The notes: generated by a model not told the origin, from the sequence alone. Shown: positions 41,402 through 51,939, numbered from the stretch's first letter. The stretch is DNA of 64,000 bases from an uncultured delta proteobacterium (GCA_963785235.1 CAWAUM010000004.1:1-64000); one strand, 5' to 3'. Made by a program: numbers and translations.

Positions 41402-43198
41402 ATGGAAGACATACGTAATTTCAGCATTATCGCCCACATCGATCATGGGAAATCCACCCTTGCCGACCGTCTGATCTTAAGGACCGGTGTCTGTGACATA
41501 CGGACCTACAAGGACCAGATGCTTGACAACATGGATATCGAGCGGGAGCGGGGAATTACGATCAAGAGCCAAGCCATCTCGCTTCCCTATACGGCTAAGA
41601 ATGGAAAGACCTATTACCTGAATCTCATCGATACGCCGGGCCATGTGGATTTTTCCTATGAGGTGTCCCGTTCGCTGGCATCCTGTGAAGGGGTGCTGCT
41701 GCTCATAGATGCCGCGCAGGGTGTTCAGGCCCAGACCATTGCCAATCTCTACCTTGCCCTGGAACACAATCTGGAAATCATCCCTGTCATAAACAAGATC
41801 GACCTCCCTTCAGCGGATGTGGAACGGGTCATCGAGCAGATCGATGCCGAGTTGGGGCTCGACCCGTATACGCACCTGGAGTGCTCTGCCAAGGAAGGCA
41901 TAGGGATCGACGAAATACTTGAGGCCATCATCACCAGAATCCCGCCGCCAAAGGGCGACCCGGAAGCGCCCCTGGCAGCATTGATATTTGATGCACATTA
42001 TGACTCCTTTCGTGGAACTATCATCAGCTGCCGCGTCTTCGAAGGGACAGTGAAGGCCGGGGATATGATCAGGTTCATGTTCAATGACTCGGTCTACCGC
42101 GTGGAAGAGGTGGGACACTTTCTCCTTTCCCGTGAGAAGCTCGGTCAGCTCTCGGCAGGGGAGGTGGGCTACATCATCGCCGGCGTGAAGACAGTCTCGA
42201 GCGTGAGCATCGGCGACACGATCACCCTGCAGGACCGGCCCTGCGACAAGCCTCTGCCTGGGTTCAAAGAGGTGAAGCCCGTTGTCTTCGCCTCCATATA
42301 CCCCATAGCCTCGGATGACTACGAAGACCTGGCCGAGTCTGTGGAAAAGTACAAGCTCAACGATGCAGCCTTCATCTATGAGAAGGATTCCTCGGTCGCC
42401 CTGGGGCAGGGCTTCAGGTGTGGCTTTCTGGGCCTATTGCACCTGGACATCGTTCAGGAGCGTTTAGAGCGCGAATATGATCTGTCCATCATCCTGTCTG
42501 TGCCGAGTGTCCGCTACCGGTTCACCCTCAAGGATGGGACGATGCTCTATGTGGACAATCCCACGCATTACCCCAATCCCATGACCATTGAGAGTTCCGA
42601 AGAACCGTACATCCGGGCAACCATGATGCTGCCCGACCGCTACCTGGGCGTTGTCATGACCCTGTGCATCGAAAAGCGTGGGCTTAACTCCAACCTGCAC
42701 TACACAAGCCCGGGCAGGGCTGAGCTGACCTATGAGATGCCCCTTGCCGAGGTGATTTATGACTTTTACGATCGCTTCAAATCCGTGACCCAGGGCTACG
42801 GCTCATTTGATTATGACCTCATCGATTACCGGCAGAGCAACCTCGTGCTCCTGGATATCCTGGTCAATGGCGAGAAGGTGGATGCCCTTTCCCAGATCGT
42901 CCATCGTGACCGCGCCCGCGCCCGTGGTGTCCTGGCATGCGACCGCCTGAGGGATGAGATACCCCGGCAGATGTTCAAGATTGCCATCCAGGGCGCCATT
43001 GGTGGAGAGATTATATCCCGGTCCACCATCTCGGCCTTCCGCAAGGATGTAACGGCAAAGTGCTACGGCGGCGATATTTCAAGAAAGCGCAAATTGCTTG
43101 AGAAGCAGAAGAAGGGCAAGAAGCGGATGAAGATGATCGGCTCTGTCAGCATCCCCCAGAGCGCCTTCATGGCGGTGTTGAAGTCCGACACGGATTGA
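41402..43198 (+). CDS. lepA: elongation factor 4
   Basis: IRNFSIIAHIDHGKSTLAD, GFRCGFLGLLH, KCYGGDISRKRKLL. Confidence 0.97.
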   Translation: MEDIRNFSIIAHIDHGKSTLADRLILRTGVCDIRTYKDQMLDNMDIERERGITIKSQAISLPYTAKNGKTYYLNLIDTPGHVDFSYEVSRSLASCEGVLLLIDAAQGVQAQTIANLYLALEHNLEIIPVINKIDLPSADVERVIEQIDAELGLDPYTHLECSAKEGIGIDEILEAIITRIPPPKGDPEAPLAALIFDAHYDSFRGTIISCRVFEGTVKAGDMIRFMFNDSVYRVEEVGHFLLSREKLGQLSAGEVGYIIAGVKTVSSVSIGDTITLQDRPCDKPLPGFKEVKPVVFASIYPIASDDYEDLAESVEKYKLNDAAFIYEKDSSVALGQGFRCGFLGLLHLDIVQERLEREYDLSIILSVPSVRYRFTLKDGTMLYVDNPTHYPNPMTIESSEEPYIRATMMLPDRYLGVVMTLCIEKRGLNSNLHYTSPGRAELTYEMPLAEVIYDFYDRFKSVTQGYGSFDYDLIDYRQSNLVLLDILVNGEKVDALSQIVHRDRARARGVLACDRLRDEIPRQMFKIAIQGAIGGEIISRSTISAFRKDVTAKCYGGDISRKRKLLEKQKKGKKRMKMIGSVSIPQSAFMAVLKSDTD

Positions 43199-44371
43199 TG
43201 ATTACGGAGATGCCTCCTGTCCCCGGGTTGTACGTCCACATCCCGTTCTGCAAGACCAAGTGTGGATACTGCGACTTTTTTTCCATCACGGACACCAGGC
43301 TCATGGAGAGCTTTCTCAATGCACTGTCCAAAGAGATAGACACATACGGCGAAGAATTCGCAGAATTCGACACCATCTATCTCGGCGGCGGTACCCCATC
43401 GCTGCTTTCACTTGATCAGATTGAGGTCCTCCTGGACAAGATCCACCTTGCCTATCATGTCCTGCCCCATACGGAAATAACCATTGAGATCAATCCCGCT
43501 GATTGGGGACGTAAAGATCTGGAAATGCTCCGCGGCCTGGGCATAAACCGCATCAGCATAGGCGTCCAGTCTTTTGACGACAACGAGCTGATCTTTCTGG
43601 GCCGCAGGCACAACAGGGCCCAGGCCATACGCACCCTCGAAGACGCCATCAATGCAGGATTCGGCAATGTCAGCATAGACCTGATGTACTGCTCTGCCTG
43701 GCCAGACCCTTGACCAGTGGCAGGTTTCCCTCAGGGATGCCCTGAGTTTTGAGCCTGCGCATCTTTCCTGCTACGAACTTGAGCTCAAACCCCACACCCC
43801 ACTGGGCATCAGGTACGACAACGGTGAGTTCCCTTTTCGCACGGAAGACTCACAATATCATTTTTTCATGAAAACATCAGAATTCCTGGAGGAATCCGGA
43901 TACATCCATTACGAGGTCTCCAACTTTGCCTTTGGCATGGAAAAGGCATCCAGGCATAACCGGAAATACTGGGATCATACGCCTTATCTCGGGCTCGGCC
44001 CTTGTGCCCATTCCTTCAATAAAGGAAAGCGCTGGTGGAACCATGAATCAGTAGAAGATTACACCCGCGATCTCGATGCCCTGAAGAGGCCCGTGAGCGG
44101 TTCGGAGATACTCGACCACGAACAGCTTCGCATGGAGGCCCTGTTCCTGGGCCTGAGGACAAAAAAAGGCATTGACATAGAGCAGTACCGGGGCCGTTAT
44201 GATTACGACCTTACACAAGAAGATGGCCTGGGGCTCAGGCAATTGGAAAAGACGGGTCTCATGGAGATCAAGGACGGTTTCATCTGTCCCACCAGGACCG
44301 GCATGGCCGTAGCGGACAGCCTGGCGCAGCTGTTTTCAAAGCCAAAAAAGGTCTTAAGGAAAAGGACATGA
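43198..44371 (+). CDS. hemW: radical SAM heme chaperone HemW (frameshift near 43690)
   Basis: YVHIPFC...CGYCDF, GGGTPS, YEVSNFA, HNRKYW. Confidence 0.9.
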
Positions 44372-45291
44372 AAAATCCACCAAAAGAGATCAGGCCTGAA
44401 GAAGGGAAGGGAAAGCAGAACTTTCTGAGAGTAACAGGGCCCACCGAGCTCATGAAATTTCTGATTGCTCAGATGCCGGACAAGAGCCGCAAGACCATTA
44501 AGTCTCTCCTGGCGCATAACCAGGTCTCCGTAGACGATAAAATAACCTCACAATTCAATCATCCCCTTAAGGCAGGTCAACAGGTCAGGGTAAACTTCTC
44601 CAAGGTGCTTCAGGTAAATAAGGACAAAGGGCTGAAAATCATATTTGAGGACCCCTCTGTCATCGTAATTGATAAAGACCCCGGCCTGCTTTCCATAGCT
44701 ACGGATAAGGAGAAAGAACGGACTGCATACAGGATATTAAGTGATCAGCTGAAGTTAACTGATCCAAAGGCCCGTATCTTTGTGGTTCACCGTCTTGACA
44801 GGGATGCCTCTGGAATACTGATATTCGCCAAGAGCAAAGAAATACAGCAGATACTCCAGCATGCCTGGAAGGAAGATGTCATTGAACGCAGTTATGTTGT
44901 CGTGGTGGAAGGCAAGGTATTACAAGCCCAGGGCACCATCACCTCATGGCTGAAGGAAAACAAGGCCCGTGCAATGTACTCAAGCCTTACGCCTGATGAT
45001 GGCCAGAAGGCCGTTACCCACTACCAGGTTATCAAAAGCAATGATGAGTACTCATTATTGCAGGTGAGGCTTGAAACAGGACGCAAGAATCAGATCCGTG
45101 TCCATATGAAAGACCTTGGCCACAGCATAATAGGGGACAAAAAATATGGCGCAACCCAAAACCCTGTCAACCGCCTTGGCCTCCATGCCAGGGTCCTTGT
45201 ATTCCGTCACCCAATAACCGGCAAGGAACTGCGTTTTGAAACCCCGACGCCTAAGAAATTTTTGCGCCTGTTCATCAATGAAGGTCGTTAG
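44368..45291 (+). CDS. RluA family pseudouridine synthase
   Basis: HRLDRDASG, LETGRKNQIRVH, IIGDKKYG. Confidence 0.9.
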   Translation: MKNPPKEIRPEEGKGKQNFLRVTGPTELMKFLIAQMPDKSRKTIKSLLAHNQVSVDDKITSQFNHPLKAGQQVRVNFSKVLQVNKDKGLKIIFEDPSVIVIDKDPGLLSIATDKEKERTAYRILSDQLKLTDPKARIFVVHRLDRDASGILIFAKSKEIQQILQHAWKEDVIERSYVVVVEGKVLQAQGTITSWLKENKARAMYSSLTPDDGQKAVTHYQVIKSNDEYSLLQVRLETGRKNQIRVHMKDLGHSIIGDKKYGATQNPVNRLGLHARVLVFRHPITGKELRFETPTPKKFLRLFINEGR

Positions 45292-45301
45292 CCGGAATTA
45301 T

Positions 45302-45775
45302 TTAAGGGGCATACTTTTCCTCTATGCACACCTCGATAGTGAAGTTGCCATTCTCGGTTTCAAACGTGATGGCGATGATAGGCTGCTTGGTGATGTGTGT
45401 GATTCCATGGTTTTTACCCGTGATCACGGTAGGGATGGCGCCTTTGAGTATCCTTCCCATGGACTCAAGCTTCTGCCGTGCCTGGCCTGACACGATGTTC
45501 AGGATCTCGCCCACGGCATCCTTGACCTCGTCATTGATTGCTGTAACCGGCTCGCCGAACATGTTGCTTACAATAGATAAGATGCTTTTCTCGGAAAAAC
45601 TCACCGAAAGGGTGCCCCTGGCTTCGCCGCTGAGCCCCACGATGCCGGAAACATCTCCTTTTGCGATTGAGTCTTTTTTCAGATAGGGTTTACCCGCTGT
45701 AGCCTTGGTAAAGGCCATGGACGATAAGACATGCAGTGTGGCTTCAATAAACGGATTGATGAGAGAAACATCCAT
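45302..45775 (-). CDS. cheX: chemotaxis phosphatase CheX
   Basis: INPFIEA, DVSGIVG, DAVGEILNIVSG, IPTVITG. Confidence 0.9.
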   Translation of the reverse strand: MDVSLINPFIEATLHVLSSMAFTKATAGKPYLKKDSIAKGDVSGIVGLSGEARGTLSVSFSEKSILSIVSNMFGEPVTAINDEVKDAVGEILNIVSGQARQKLESMGRILKGAIPTVITGKNHGITHITKQPIIAITFETENGNFTIEVCIEEKYAP

Positions 45776-46134
45776 ATCTACCTCACATGATTATTGCTAT
45801 CTTTTAAGATTATCACCAGTCCAGTACCTTTCGTACTTTTTCATGCTTTTTCTTACCACGAGCATAAGTGACATTATATGGTACGCTGCCAGTGGATAAG
45901 AATCAAGCCATGAGTGTTTTATAACCAAGCCCAGAAGGGCTTGCCAGTGTTCTTTCATATTTCACATACAACAATTCACGACACAACCACAACCATCTGT
46001 AGGTCGGGTCACCTGATCCAGCAGGTATTTCTCAATGATGATGCCGTCTTGAGTATTTTCTGTTGCAAAAGGTGGCTTCAGGGTGCAAAAATAATTCATG
46101 GATTACAGCAAATACTAATATGACCCTGGAATAC

Positions 46135-46397
46135 ATGAAGAAGAGCCCTTCTCCTTACGATGATTAACCGCCCGTTGTGCCATGCTGGGGCATCTGGTCC
46201 CTTTCACCTATTGCATGGCCCCTGGTTCGGATCTTCCATGCCGGAGAATCCTTGATTGCTGGCATGAGCGTATTGATATTGCAGCCTTTCTTGACGAAAC
46301 CCTCTCACCTGAAGAGATAGAATCCATCACCGCTCCTCCAAGGCCGAAGGTCATGCAGCTTCTGGATCTGGTGCAGAAAGCAAAGACCAAATCATAG
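46135..46397 (+). CDS. small Cys-rich hypothetical protein (frameshift near 46170)
   Basis: MKKSPSPYDD joins LTARCAMLGHLVPFTYC...LPCRRILDCW with one inserted base. Confidence 0.55.
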
Positions 46398-46418
46398 AAC
46401 TTTTTTTATTACTTGCTA

Positions 46419-47723
46419 CTAAAAGATATCTGCCAGCACACCCAGTGATTTTTCTATCATATCAGGTGTAAACGACAGAAGGTTCAGGCTGCCCTGGAAG
46501 GGAGCGGTGTCTATATGTTCTATCTCAAATCCCGGGAAAAATTTTTGGGCAATGGCATCTGCAATATAGACGAGGTGGACGAGGTCGGCATTCTTTACTG
46601 CCTTGTCCGGGCGGTGATGAAACAGGATCACATCTTTGATCACTTCCGGCAGCTTCCAACTTTCAGCAAGGTGGAGACCGGCAAGATTGTGGTCTATGCC
46701 GAATATCTTATGCTCAAGGATGCTTGAATCTTCTCTATTGGCACTCAGAATCCGATAAAAGAGTGGCTGAACCTTGGCCATGTACTGATCGAGCACGACC
46801 TTCCCGATATCATGGAGCAGCCCTGCCGTGTATGCAAGATCAGGCCTTATCTTGCCGTGGATGCGTGAGAGCTTCTCGCTGAGCCGGGCGGTTGCCAAGG
46901 CATGGTAAAACAGACCCCCACGCATTAACGAGTAACCCTTTTCAGAGCAACTTAAGAGCTTTTCCGCCTGAGCCGTGATGATCAGTTGGATCAGGGCCTT
47001 GCTGCCGATAATTGTTATGGCATCATCGATGGTCTCGATCTTCCTTTGTATCCCCATGTAAGAGGAGTTGCACAATTTGAGTACTTCTGCAGCCATCACC
47101 TGGTCTTTGCGAATTTCAGAGGCGATGGTGGCAATGTCGGTCATCTCGTCTGAGATCATGCTTGCAATGCCCAGTGCGATCTGGGGTACCGGCTGGAGGT
47201 CTTCGATGGTTTTGCCTATTTCAGCAAGGGCCGGCATAGTGGCAGGCTGGGTGATCTTGTTGCGAGTGTTCTGGAGCATGGGCTCTATGGTGCAGGCTGC
47301 CTTGTCCACATCCAGCATGATACAGAACCCTATTGTTCCGCTTGCCTCGAGCAATTTGATGGGGATACCGGTTTCTTTGAGAATTTTGAGCGTTATCTCC
47401 AGGGTTCTGCCGCCGATGTTAAGGGCGAGCTCCTGGTGAGAGCTGGGATCAACGAGTGCACCACCCGAGATATAGGCAGACAGGTTTTCTTTCAGGGCGC
47501 CTGCATTGTCCAGCGATTTAAGAAAAATCGGGATGCCTGTGCTTGCATAATAAGAGAGCTGGCTTTCAGGGATATCGCAAAGCGGCTCAGGCAGCAGGAT
47601 ATGTATCATGCCGCCGATGTGCCGTTTTGAATCGAGGATTGCCACACCGACACAAGACCCGAGATATGCCTTCATCTGGCCCGATCTGCTGATCTCTATG
47701 CCGCCGCTTGGTATGATGGTCAT
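46419..47723 (-). CDS. CheD-HDOD fusion protein
   Basis: LGSCVGV..GGMIHILLP CheD with catalytic C/H; DQVMAAEVLKLCNS and GLLHDIGK HDOD. Confidence 0.85.
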   Translation of the reverse strand: MTIIPSGGIEISRSGQMKAYLGSCVGVAILDSKRHIGGMIHILLPEPLCDIPESQLSYYASTGIPIFLKSLDNAGALKENLSAYISGGALVDPSSHQELALNIGGRTLEITLKILKETGIPIKLLEASGTIGFCIMLDVDKAACTIEPMLQNTRNKITQPATMPALAEIGKTIEDLQPVPQIALGIASMISDEMTDIATIASEIRKDQVMAAEVLKLCNSSYMGIQRKIETIDDAITIIGSKALIQLIITAQAEKLLSCSEKGYSLMRGGLFYHALATARLSEKLSRIHGKIRPDLAYTAGLLHDIGKVVLDQYMAKVQPLFYRILSANREDSSILEHKIFGIDHNLAGLHLAESWKLPEVIKDVILFHHRPDKAVKNADLVHLVYIADAIAQKFFPGFEIEHIDTAPFQGSLNLLSFTPDMIEKSLGVLADIF

Positions 47724-47853
47724 GTATACCCTGACTCCCTTTACCTTGAGGAGATAACGCACCAGGAGGTGCACTTTTCGTACTATCCTCTTAGATATAA
47801 TCGGTTATACTTTTCTGAAATATAAATGATTTACTGGTGCTTAAAGATGAGTT

Positions 47854-48864
47854 TTACGGCCATGAATAGAATCCGCCCTTATTCTCACCCCTTCTCCGGT
47901 ACACAACCACGGTCGGGGTCTTTGTATTTGAGAGGGATTCCATGGTTTTCATGGCATCTTCGTAGTACCCCACCTGGTCAATCAGTTTGAATTTCATGCC
48001 TGTTGATGCTGTCATGACCCGGCCATCAGCTATTACAGTAATATCTTCAGGTTTCACCGGTCTTATGGCCTTCACCTTTGCAATGAAATCCTGGCTGAAT
48101 TCCGTTACTATCCCTTCCAGGATGGCTTTATCGTCTTTGTTCATATCTCGCAGTATGGTACCCGAGTCCTTGAGTTTTCCAGAAGTCAGCGTCTGGTTCT
48201 TAATGCCGAGTTTGTCCATAAGGCCTTCCAGACTGATGGAAGGCAGGAGAACCCCAATATTGCCCACCACGGCGGAGGGCAATGCGACAATACGGTCAGC
48301 AGATAAAGCCACCATATAGGCGCCTGAGGTGCCCTGGCCGGTTATGCAGGCTACAATTGGGATCTTGCGGGTCTCCTTGAAGTCCTTGATCTCTCTGAAA
48401 ACCAGGTCTGAGGCTGTCACACCACCCCCTGGCGAATCGATCTTGAGAAGGATACCCTTGATGGCCTTGTCTTCTTTGGCCATTTCCAGGACACCATCGA
48501 TCCGTTCAAGGGTCCCCTGCCTGGTGGCTATAAAGCTGTCCCTCATGGCTGTTGTGGTGATCATGCCGAGCACCTCTATTACGAGGATCTTGTCTTTTGA
48601 GCCCTCTTTCAGAACCCGTTCTTCGAAAGGTTGAGTCTGCATAAGGCTTCCAAGATCGAACGAGATAAATGCACACCCATGGAGAACGAGTAATCCAAAA
48701 AAGACTGCAGCAATTCTAAAAATCTTTATCTTATTGAGACAATTGCATAACTCAGAAAAAGGTGTCACCCCCGCGAAGGCGGGGGTCCAGAAGTTCTTAA
48801 TAAGACAAGATTCCCGCTTCCGCGGGAAAGACATCCTTTGAAATTTACGATTAGTTCTATTCAT
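47854..48864 (-). CDS. sppA: signal peptide peptidase SppA (36K type lipoprotein) with an in-frame MITE in its N-terminus
   Basis: IDSPGG, SGAYMVA, GNIGV, SGKLKD, DGRV; lipobox LHGC. Confidence 0.9.
   Translation of the reverse strand: MNRTNRKFQRMSFPRKRESCLIKNFWTPAFAGVTPFSELCNCLNKIKIFRIAAVFFGLLVLHGCAFISFDLGSLMQTQPFEERVLKEGSKDKILVIEVLGMITTTAMRDSFIATRQGTLERIDGVLEMAKEDKAIKGILLKIDSPGGGVTASDLVFREIKDFKETRKIPIVACITGQGTSGAYMVALSADRIVALPSAVVGNIGVLLPSISLEGLMDKLGIKNQTLTSGKLKDSGTILRDMNKDDKAILEGIVTEFSQDFIAKVKAIRPVKPEDITVIADGRVMTASTGMKFKLIDQVGYYEDAMKTMESLSNTKTPTVVVYRRRGENKGGFYSWP
48736..48857. mobile_element. ~120-bp MITE with perfect 4-bp target duplication TATT, inside sppA
   Basis: TATT|GAGACAATTGCATAAC...TTACGATTAGTTC|TATT; 122+4=126 nt, in frame. 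Confidence 0.85.
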
Positions 48865-50308
48865 TGCGGATTTCACCTCCAACGGTAATCTCAGGAATCA
48901 GCAGGGTAGGTTGGGCATCGGCGATAGGCACCCCTTGTCCGTCTTTTCCGCACGTGCCGATTCCGAAACCAAGATCGTTACCCAGCAGCTCAATGGAATT
49001 GAGGATTTTAGGACCGTTCCCTATGAGCGTTGCCCCCCGGATGGGTTCGCCCACACAACCATTTTCAATGAGATAGCCTTCGGATACATTGAAGACGAAG
49101 TCGCCTGTCACCGTGTTTACCTGTCCACCGCCCATCTTTTTCACGAATATGCCGGCATGCACCTTCCTGATGATCTCTTCTGCGTTCAGGGGTCCCGGCT
49201 GGATGATCGTGTTGGTCATGCGCGGGATGGGCCTATGGCGGTAGGATTCACGCCTTGCATTGCCGGACAGTGGCAGGCCGAGTTTCTGAGCAGTGATGAG
49301 GTCGGTCATGAACCCCTTGAGGATGCCGTTCTCCACCAGGACAGTCCGGTTGGTGGGGCTCCCTTCATCATCACAGCCCATGGAGCCTCTTAAGCCTTTG
49401 ATGGTGCCGTCATCAATGACCGTGATGGCAGATGACGCAACCTGCATGCCCATCTTGCCGGAATAGACCGACAGGCCTTCACCGGCCAGATCGGCCTCCA
49501 GGCCGTGGCCGATGGCCTCGTGCACCATTGTACCGCCGGCATCACTGGAAAGAACTACCGGCATGGTACCGGCCGGTGCACGCCTGGCTTTGATGGTGTT
49601 CAATGCCCTGCAGATGGCCCTTTTGGCAATTTCATCAGGGGGGGTCTCTTTGAACAACTCGAATCCACGGGCTCCACCCATGGGTTCATAGCCCGTCTCC
49701 ATGAGCGAATCCCGGGCAACGATCCCCTGGACAACAAAAATAATGGTGTCCCGAGAGTCTTCTGCAATGAATCCTTTTGAGTTTGCAATGAAGACCCTGC
49801 GTGATCCATCGCCATACATGACTTTCACCTGCACTACGGAGCTGTCCATTCCCCATGCTACATCTTCCGCCTTTTGAACAAGCGCTATCTTTTCTTGGGG
49901 ATCTATCCTGACAGGATCGATATCCATGAGGACTGTTGAGGTCGAAGGCCTTTTCATGAGTGCGATGGCTCCGGAGAAACTTCCTGACTTGACTGCCGAG
50001 GCCACAGTATCGGCAAGATCATCAAGCGAAGAAGGATCATTCGTGTAGGCATACGCAGATCTTTCACCTATGACAACCCTCAGCGCTATCCCCGACTCTT
50101 CAGTGATAAGGAACTTTTCGATCTTGTGTGCCTCGCAGATTATGGATGTGCCTTTTTTCTGTTCAACATAGAGTTCTGCAAAATCACCGCCTTTGGCGAG
50201 AGATCGTTTGAGTAACCGCTCACAATCAATATCGCTGATCTTTATCACTTTCGCACAAGGAGACTCCGGCCAATCTACGGATTGGCCAAGAGATGAATTG
50301 TGTGTCAT
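48857..50308 (-). CDS. tldD: TldD metalloprotease; N-terminus now supplied by the IscB element (ATG 50308 or GTG 50248)
   Basis: GGDFAELYVE, HEAIGHGLEAD, DDEG, GNARRESY..PIPRMTNT, CGKDGQ. Confidence 0.9.
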   Translation of the reverse strand: MTHNSSLGQSVDWPESPCAKVIKISDIDCERLLKRSLAKGGDFAELYVEQKKGTSIICEAHKIEKFLITEESGIALRVVIGERSAYAYTNDPSSLDDLADTVASAVKSGSFSGAIALMKRPSTSTVLMDIDPVRIDPQEKIALVQKAEDVAWGMDSSVVQVKVMYGDGSRRVFIANSKGFIAEDSRDTIIFVVQGIVARDSLMETGYEPMGGARGFELFKETPPDEIAKRAICRALNTIKARRAPAGTMPVVLSSDAGGTMVHEAIGHGLEADLAGEGLSVYSGKMGMQVASSAITVIDDGTIKGLRGSMGCDDEGSPTNRTVLVENGILKGFMTDLITAQKLGLPLSGNARRESYRHRPIPRMTNTIIQPGPLNAEEIIRKVHAGIFVKKMGGGQVNTVTGDFVFNVSEGYLIENGCVGEPIRGATLIGNGPKILNSIELLGNDLGFGIGTCGKDGQGVPIADAQPTLLIPEITVGGEIRNE

Positions 50309-51939
50309 TCTATTCCTCCCATGAACCTGTATGGTGCAACCAGATCAGCCCTTACCGGTTTTGGCAACGTTCTGAGCTTGATATAAGCGCCAAGATTCTG
50401 CATACCGGCTACTGTATGTTTTTCACCATCGAGGATCACTATATCATTGGGCTGATAGGTATATCTTTGCTTTTTGATCCTCAGGTGACCCTTGGACAGC
50501 TTCTCTCCACGGTATTGTCTTAAGTTCTCTCCGTTCAGGTTTTTGTTTCTTGTCCTGCGGCCGCAATTAAGCTCACTGCCGGAAGCCTTTTCCCCTGTCC
50601 TGATATCTATGTACTGTGCATCATAGAACTTGCAGAAAGAACGGTTGTTGCGCCTTGACTGTTTGAAGGTGATCTGGGCCGTCCTCATCTGTGCCTCACC
50701 TCCCGCGATCACAAACGCGTCGTTAGCATGGGATTTCGGGATATCAAGTTCGATGCGCTTAGATTTGGTTACATGGCCGAAGGTGAGGCTTGTTTCAAAG
50801 CCTTTCGCCCTGAGCCTGTCAAGGAGCATCCACCTTACGATCGTCATAAAGGTCTTCTGCCGGAACGATTTGACTGCCGGCGTCCAGCCATACAGAAATC
50901 CCTTATCCTTGTGGTTCTCCGGCTTGTGGCACTTGTCGCAGAGAGTAATCAGATTTGCAGGCCTGTCGCTCCGGTCTTCCTTCCAATAACCGATATGATG
51001 TACCTGGAGGACCTTCTCATGCGCCTTGTTTCTGCAGTTCGGGTTCTGGCATTTGTGCCCGTCACGGTGCAGGATGTATTCGCGCAGGTTCCAGTAACCG
51101 GCCTGTTCGCCCTGTTGGTACTGCTTCCCCTCGATCTCGGGGTCCTTGATCTTCTGGATGTCGAATGCGGCAACTTCGACTATGACGGACGAGACGGGAA
51201 GGATTCTTCTGATCTTGTCAACCAGACCAAGCTGCGCATCCAGCTTGTTCTGTATGGACGGTGCTAGCCATCCTTCAGGCCTGCGCCGGTTGTCGAATCT
51301 GGGATCCCTGAATCTCAGCCGGCTTCTTCTCTGGCTCTGGTACTTGCGACATTCCTCAATCCTCGCGGACTGATCCTTAGGCAAAAGGAGTTCACCGGCG
51401 AGGAACTCTGCTTTTTCAGTGATCGTAGAGAAACCCGCTGTTTCGTATCCGGAATCCAGCCCCATTGTAATAGGTTGTACGGTTTCACCGGTAGCCCTCT
51501 TCAGCCTGATGGTAAAAGGTTTTGCCTTAACGACATATGCATTGCCCTCCCGGAGCAGTTTCCTCGCCTTGCGGGGAAAGCTCGGCATGAGAGGTTTCCC
51601 CTCCATATTTAAAACGCATACCCTGGTTTCCTTGACTTCCAACAAATCTCCTGTTGTTGACGGATACCCTCGGGTTCCGTCCTCCTTTCGGAGTTGGCCC
51701 ACATCGCCAATGTTTTGCAGGGTTTTTGCCCGGCTCACTTCGCCCTCCCGTGAGCGATGTTTAAAACCGATCCGCAGTGTCCAGGACTTGTGGAGCATCC
51801 CGGAGTGCCTATGTCATTCCCACAAAACGTAGCCCGGTGGGAACTTCCGTTCCCCTGGCTGAGGCTAATCAACCAAGCTCTCAAGGTTTTACCCCCTCAA
51901 GCCCCAAACCAATATTTTCATTGGTTGCGGGTAGTTGAC
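50246..51939 (-). mobile_element. non-autonomous IS200/IS605-superfamily IscB (OMEGA) element
   Basis: Left end GTCAACTACCC..GGGGCTTG, right end CAATTCATC..hairpin..CTTGTGCGAAAGTG. Removal restores the smpB stop and tldD start. No tnpA. Confidence 0.88.
50305..51642 (-). CDS. iscB: RNA-guided endonuclease IscB (PLMP, split RuvC, bridge helix, HNH)
   Basis: GKPLMP, RKARKLL, GLDSG (RuvC-I), RRSRLRFR..RFDNR, VEVAAFD (RuvC-II), VHHI..NLITLCDKCH (HNH), SHANDA (RuvC-III). TTG start after AGGAG is inferred. Confidence 0.92.
   Translation of the reverse strand: MEVKETRVCVLNMEGKPLMPSFPRKARKLLREGNAYVVKAKPFTIRLKRATGETVQPITMGLDSGYETAGFSTITEKAEFLAGELLLPKDQSARIEECRKYQSQRRSRLRFRDPRFDNRRRPEGWLAPSIQNKLDAQLGLVDKIRRILPVSSVIVEVAAFDIQKIKDPEIEGKQYQQGEQAGYWNLREYILHRDGHKCQNPNCRNKAHEKVLQVHHIGYWKEDRSDRPANLITLCDKCHKPENHKDKGFLYGWTPAVKSFRQKTFMTIVRWMLLDRLRAKGFETSLTFGHVTKSKRIELDIPKSHANDAFVIAGGEAQMRTAQITFKQSRRNNRSFCKFYDAQYIDIRTGEKASGSELNCGRRTRNKNLNGENLRQYRGEKLSKGHLRIKKQRYTYQPNDIVILDGEKHTVAGMQNLGAYIKLRTLPKPVRADLVAPYRFMGGIE

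Noticed and set aside
51643-51798. N-terminal 52 aa of the called IscB ORF
   Set aside because: Overlaps the omegaRNA scaffold; the RBS and PLMP position favour TTG at 51642.
50246-51939. IscB element as an IStron (group I intron fusion)
   Set aside because: The non-coding space is accounted for by the omegaRNA and a ~60-nt right end; no group I core was recognised.
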